In this document: in pieces, positions 61,463-64,000 of the stretch
Layout: every line of letters starts with the position of its first letter
Numbering within the stretch: position 1 is the first letter of the stretch
Assembly: GCA_002342545.1 (NCBI GenBank)
Contig: DDQE01000050.1
Coordinates: 3,258-67,257 of the forward strand
Direction of reading: 5' to 3'
DNA from: Bacillales bacterium UBA2450
GTDB lineage: Bacteria; Bacillota_I; Bacilli_A; RFN20; CAG-826
Length of the DNA stretch: 64,000 bases
Notes under the pieces: generated by a model
What the model saw: the letters and a program-made list of their open reading frames with translations, nothing else
Databases searched by the model: none
What the model was told of the DNA's origin: nothing
Program-made: the position numbers and the translations under genes

Positions 61463-62962
61463 GTGGAGGCATTATCTATGGATAATCAAAATCTTAATGA
61501 TCAAGAATTAGTTAGAAGGGAAAAACTTAAAAAATATGAGTCTTTTAAAGTTGATCCATTTGGAAAAGCTTTTAAAGTCACTCATTTAGTTGGTGAAGTA
61601 CATTCTTTATTTGATAAAAAGAGCCCTAATTCTTTAGAAAAGAATAAACCATATGTGACTGTTGCTGGTCGTATTAAAAACTTAAGAAGAATGGGTAAAG
61701 CCTCATTCATGAATATTCAAGACAAATCAGGTAATATCCAAGTTTATATGGGTATTGATGTTGTTGGTAAGAAAGCATATGAATTATTTAAACTTGCTGA
61801 TATCGGAGATATCGTTGGTGTCTATGGACGCGTGATGAAAACTCGTAGTGGTGAACTCACCATTAGAGCAGAAAAATACACCCACTTAACAAAGTGCTTA
61901 CATCCTCTTCCAGAGAAATTCCATGGCTTAGTGGATGTTGAAGAAAGAAGTAGACGTAGATATCTTGATTTAATTATGAATGAAGAATCAAGAAAAGTGG
62001 CTTTTGCTCGTCCAAAACTTATTAGAAGCATTCAATCTTATTTAGACGCACAAGGTTTTGTGGAAGTGGAAACTGCAGTGCTTTCTCCAATTTTGGGTGG
62101 TGCTAATGCTAGACCATTCATTGCTCATATGAATGCTTTAGATAAAGATTTCTATTTAAGAATTGCTACTGAACTTAATCTTAAAAGATTATTAGTCGGT
62201 GGTATGGAAAGAGTATATGAAATTGGTAGACTCTTCCGTAATGAGGGAATGGATGCCACTCATAATCCTGAATTTACCACAATTGAAGCTTATCAAGCTT
62301 ATTCTGATTTACAAGGAATGAGAAAATTAGCGGAAGGTATGATTAGAAAAGCCGCTAAGGATGTTACTGGTAGTGACGTAATCACTTATCAAGATAAAGT
62401 TATCGATTTCCATAAACCATTTAGATGGGTTTCTATGGCGGACCTTATTTTAGAAAAGACTGGTATTGATTTTAGAAAGATTTATGACTTTGAAGAAGCT
62501 AAAAAATTAGCAGAAGAAAGAGGCATTAAATTAGAAAAACATAAAAACACAGTTGGTCATGTAATGAATGAATTCTTTGAAGAATTCTGTGAAGCAGAAC
62601 TCATTCAACCAACATTCGTTTATTCTTATCCAATTGAAGTTTCACCATTAACTAAAAAAGGTAAAGACCCACGTTATACTGAAAGATTTGAACTTTTTGT
62701 TAACGGCAAAGAATTAGCAAATGCCTATACTGAACTTAATGATCCATTTGATCAAAAAGAAAGATTCTTAGCGCAACTCAAAGCTAAAGAACTTGGAGAC
62801 GAAGAGGCTAATGAAATGGATAATGATTTCATTGAAGCTCTAGAATATGGTATGCCTCCAGCAGGTGGAATTGGAATGGGCATAGATAGACTTGTAATGC
62901 TATTAACAAATCAAGAAAACATTAGAGAAGTTATCTTATTCCCAATGATGAAAGATAGATAA
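61463..62962 (+). CDS. lysS: Lysyl-tRNA synthetase, class II
   Basis: OB anticodon-binding domain, class II motif 2 (FRNEGMDATHNPEFT) and motif 3 (GGIGMGIDRLVMLLT). Confidence 0.95.
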   Translation: MEALSMDNQNLNDQELVRREKLKKYESFKVDPFGKAFKVTHLVGEVHSLFDKKSPNSLEKNKPYVTVAGRIKNLRRMGKASFMNIQDKSGNIQVYMGIDVVGKKAYELFKLADIGDIVGVYGRVMKTRSGELTIRAEKYTHLTKCLHPLPEKFHGLVDVEERSRRRYLDLIMNEESRKVAFARPKLIRSIQSYLDAQGFVEVETAVLSPILGGANARPFIAHMNALDKDFYLRIATELNLKRLLVGGMERVYEIGRLFRNEGMDATHNPEFTTIEAYQAYSDLQGMRKLAEGMIRKAAKDVTGSDVITYQDKVIDFHKPFRWVSMADLILEKTGIDFRKIYDFEEAKKLAEERGIKLEKHKNTVGHVMNEFFEEFCEAELIQPTFVYSYPIEVSPLTKKGKDPRYTERFELFVNGKELANAYTELNDPFDQKERFLAQLKAKELGDEEANEMDNDFIEALEYGMPPAGGIGMGIDRLVMLLTNQENIREVILFPMMKDR

Positions 62963-62970
62963 ATTAAATT

Positions 62971-63198
62971 ATGGCAGGGACACGAGTTGAGAAATATCGC
63001 AAATATCGTCAAGCTATTGCCGCAAGAAGTGACAATATCCCTGTTTTAAAAACCCCTTCAACTCACGATGAATACGCTGATGAAGCGGGTTTTTTTAAGA
63101 AAATTGCAATTAAAAATAGAGCAATAAACTTATCAATTGCCTTAGCTATTGTTTGTATTATTGCTTTATTAATAATATTTGGAGTAATTGTTTTTTAG
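62971..63198 (+). CDS. Small tail-anchored membrane protein, unknown function
   Basis: 75 aa with a single C-terminal TM helix. Fills the lysS-cmk gap in the same orientation. Weak RBS. Confidence 0.4.
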   Translation: MAGTRVEKYRKYRQAIAARSDNIPVLKTPSTHDEYADEAGFFKKIAIKNRAINLSIALAIVCIIALLIIFGVIVF

Positions 63199-63210
63199 GA
63201 GGGCAAAACT

Positions 63211-63888
63211 ATGAAAATTACTGTTGCTATTGATGGCCCAGCCGCTGCTGGAAAATCTACTGTTGCTAAGGAAGTTGCTAAGCGCTTAGGATATACCTAT
63301 ATTGATACTGGCGCCATGTATCGAGCGTTCACTTGGTACTGCATGGAAAAAGGCGTTGATTGTCAAAATGAGGCGGCCTGCTGTGCGTTAATTCCTGAAG
63401 TGACAATTAAATTAAGACCTAGCGGACAAGTACTTTGTAATGAATTTGATGTTACAAAAGAAATTAGAGAGCCACGTGTTTCAGGTAATGTTAGTTATAT
63501 TGCTTCTTATAAAGATATTCGTTTATTTTTAGTTGATCAACAAAGAGCAATGGCAGCTAAACACTCTGTTATTATGGATGGTAGAGATATTGGCACTTAT
63601 GTTCTTCCTGATGCAGATGTCAAAATTTTCCAAATTGCCTCTGTAGAAACTAGAGCGGTACGTCGATATGATGAAAATATCGCCAAAGGTATCCCTTGCA
63701 CACTAGAAGAAATTGAAAATGATGTTAGAAAAAGAGACTATATCGATTCTCATAGAGATTTTGCCCCACTTAAATGTGCCCCTGATGCTTTAACTTTAGA
63801 TACTTCTTTTATGACTGTTGAAGAAGTAGTCAACAAAGTTATTGAGATTATTAACGCTAAATTAGCGGAGAAAGGTATTAATGGCTAG
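63211..63888 (+). CDS. cmk: Cytidylate kinase
   Basis: P-loop [13 protein letters not shown]. 225 aa. RBS AGGAGGG. Confidence 0.9.
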   Translation: MKITVAIDGPAAAGKSTVAKEVAKRLGYTYIDTGAMYRAFTWYCMEKGVDCQNEAACCALIPEVTIKLRPSGQVLCNEFDVTKEIREPRVSGNVSYIASYKDIRLFLVDQQRAMAAKHSVIMDGRDIGTYVLPDADVKIFQIASVETRAVRRYDENIAKGIPCTLEEIENDVRKRDYIDSHRDFAPLKCAPDALTLDTSFMTVEEVVNKVIEIINAKLAEKGING

Positions 63889-64000
63889 AGCAGTTGTTGC
63901 TATTGTTGGAAGTCCTAACGTTGGTAAATCAACGATTTTTAATCGTATCATCGGTGATAAAAGAGCAATCGTGGATGATGAAGCTGGTATCACTAGAGAT
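63881..64000 (+). CDS. der: Ribosome-biogenesis GTPase Der (EngA), 5' fragment; continues beyond the window
   Basis: [40 protein letters not shown] gives the G1 motif and the start of the switch region. Overlaps the cmk stop. Confidence 0.85.
   Translation, partial: MARAVVAIVGSPNVGKSTIFNRIIGDKRAIVDDEAGITRD

Overview
This window is low-GC (about 30% by eye) bacterial chromosome with Firmicutes/Tenericutes-like gene content. Long ORFs contain TGG Trp and no in-frame TGA, so the standard genetic code is in use. Acholeplasma-like is my guess only. I found no rRNA, tRNA or CRISPR. Left to right:

- **1-3.7 kb:** the 3' end of a yhaM-like HD exoribonuclease gene, an apparently intact IS1182-like insertion sequence with perfect 42-bp terminal inverted repeats, a class-II Fic AMPylase and a HIT hydrolase.
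- **3.8-7.9 kb:** two large lipoproteins (one with a parvulin-like HILVK signature), divergent from the next block.
- **8.1-15.3 kb:** sufC-sufD-sufS-sufU-sufB, then mnmG-rsmG.
- **15.3-19.4 kb, an accessory-looking stretch:**
  - A HipA-like Ser/Thr kinase gene bracketed by 39-bp direct repeats that each carry a promoter-like sequence.
  - A textbook FMN riboswitch with terminator/antiterminator in front of a RibU-like membrane transporter.
  - A 59-aa 4Fe-4S ferredoxin that the ORF track missed.
  - An IspD/TarI-like cytidylyltransferase.
  - A small membrane protein.
- **19.5-51.7 kb, a roughly 32-kb surface-hydrolase locus:**
  - Three membrane-anchored S8 subtilases (the first with an I9 propeptide and a PA domain).
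  - A full oligopeptide permease, oppA-like/oppB/C/D/F, with Mollicutes-style giant insertions in OppD and OppF and an extended OppC.
  - An Endonuclease-I-like surface nuclease carrying Big_3 repeats.
  - Lipoproteins with a clostripain (C11) domain or an M6 (InhA-like) HExxH zinc-peptidase domain.
  - The nuclease and subtilase 2 share a recently duplicated C-terminal module of about 430 aa (Big_3 + OB-fold-like + Cys-containing domain + TM anchor with basic tail).
- **51.8-64.0 kb, housekeeping:** a DUF368 membrane protein, pth, mfd (no canonical start codon in front of its conserved N-terminus), an S4 protein, tilS, ftsH, dusB, lysS, a small membrane protein, cmk, and the 5' end of der.

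Several genes look leaderless or start with GTG/TTG.
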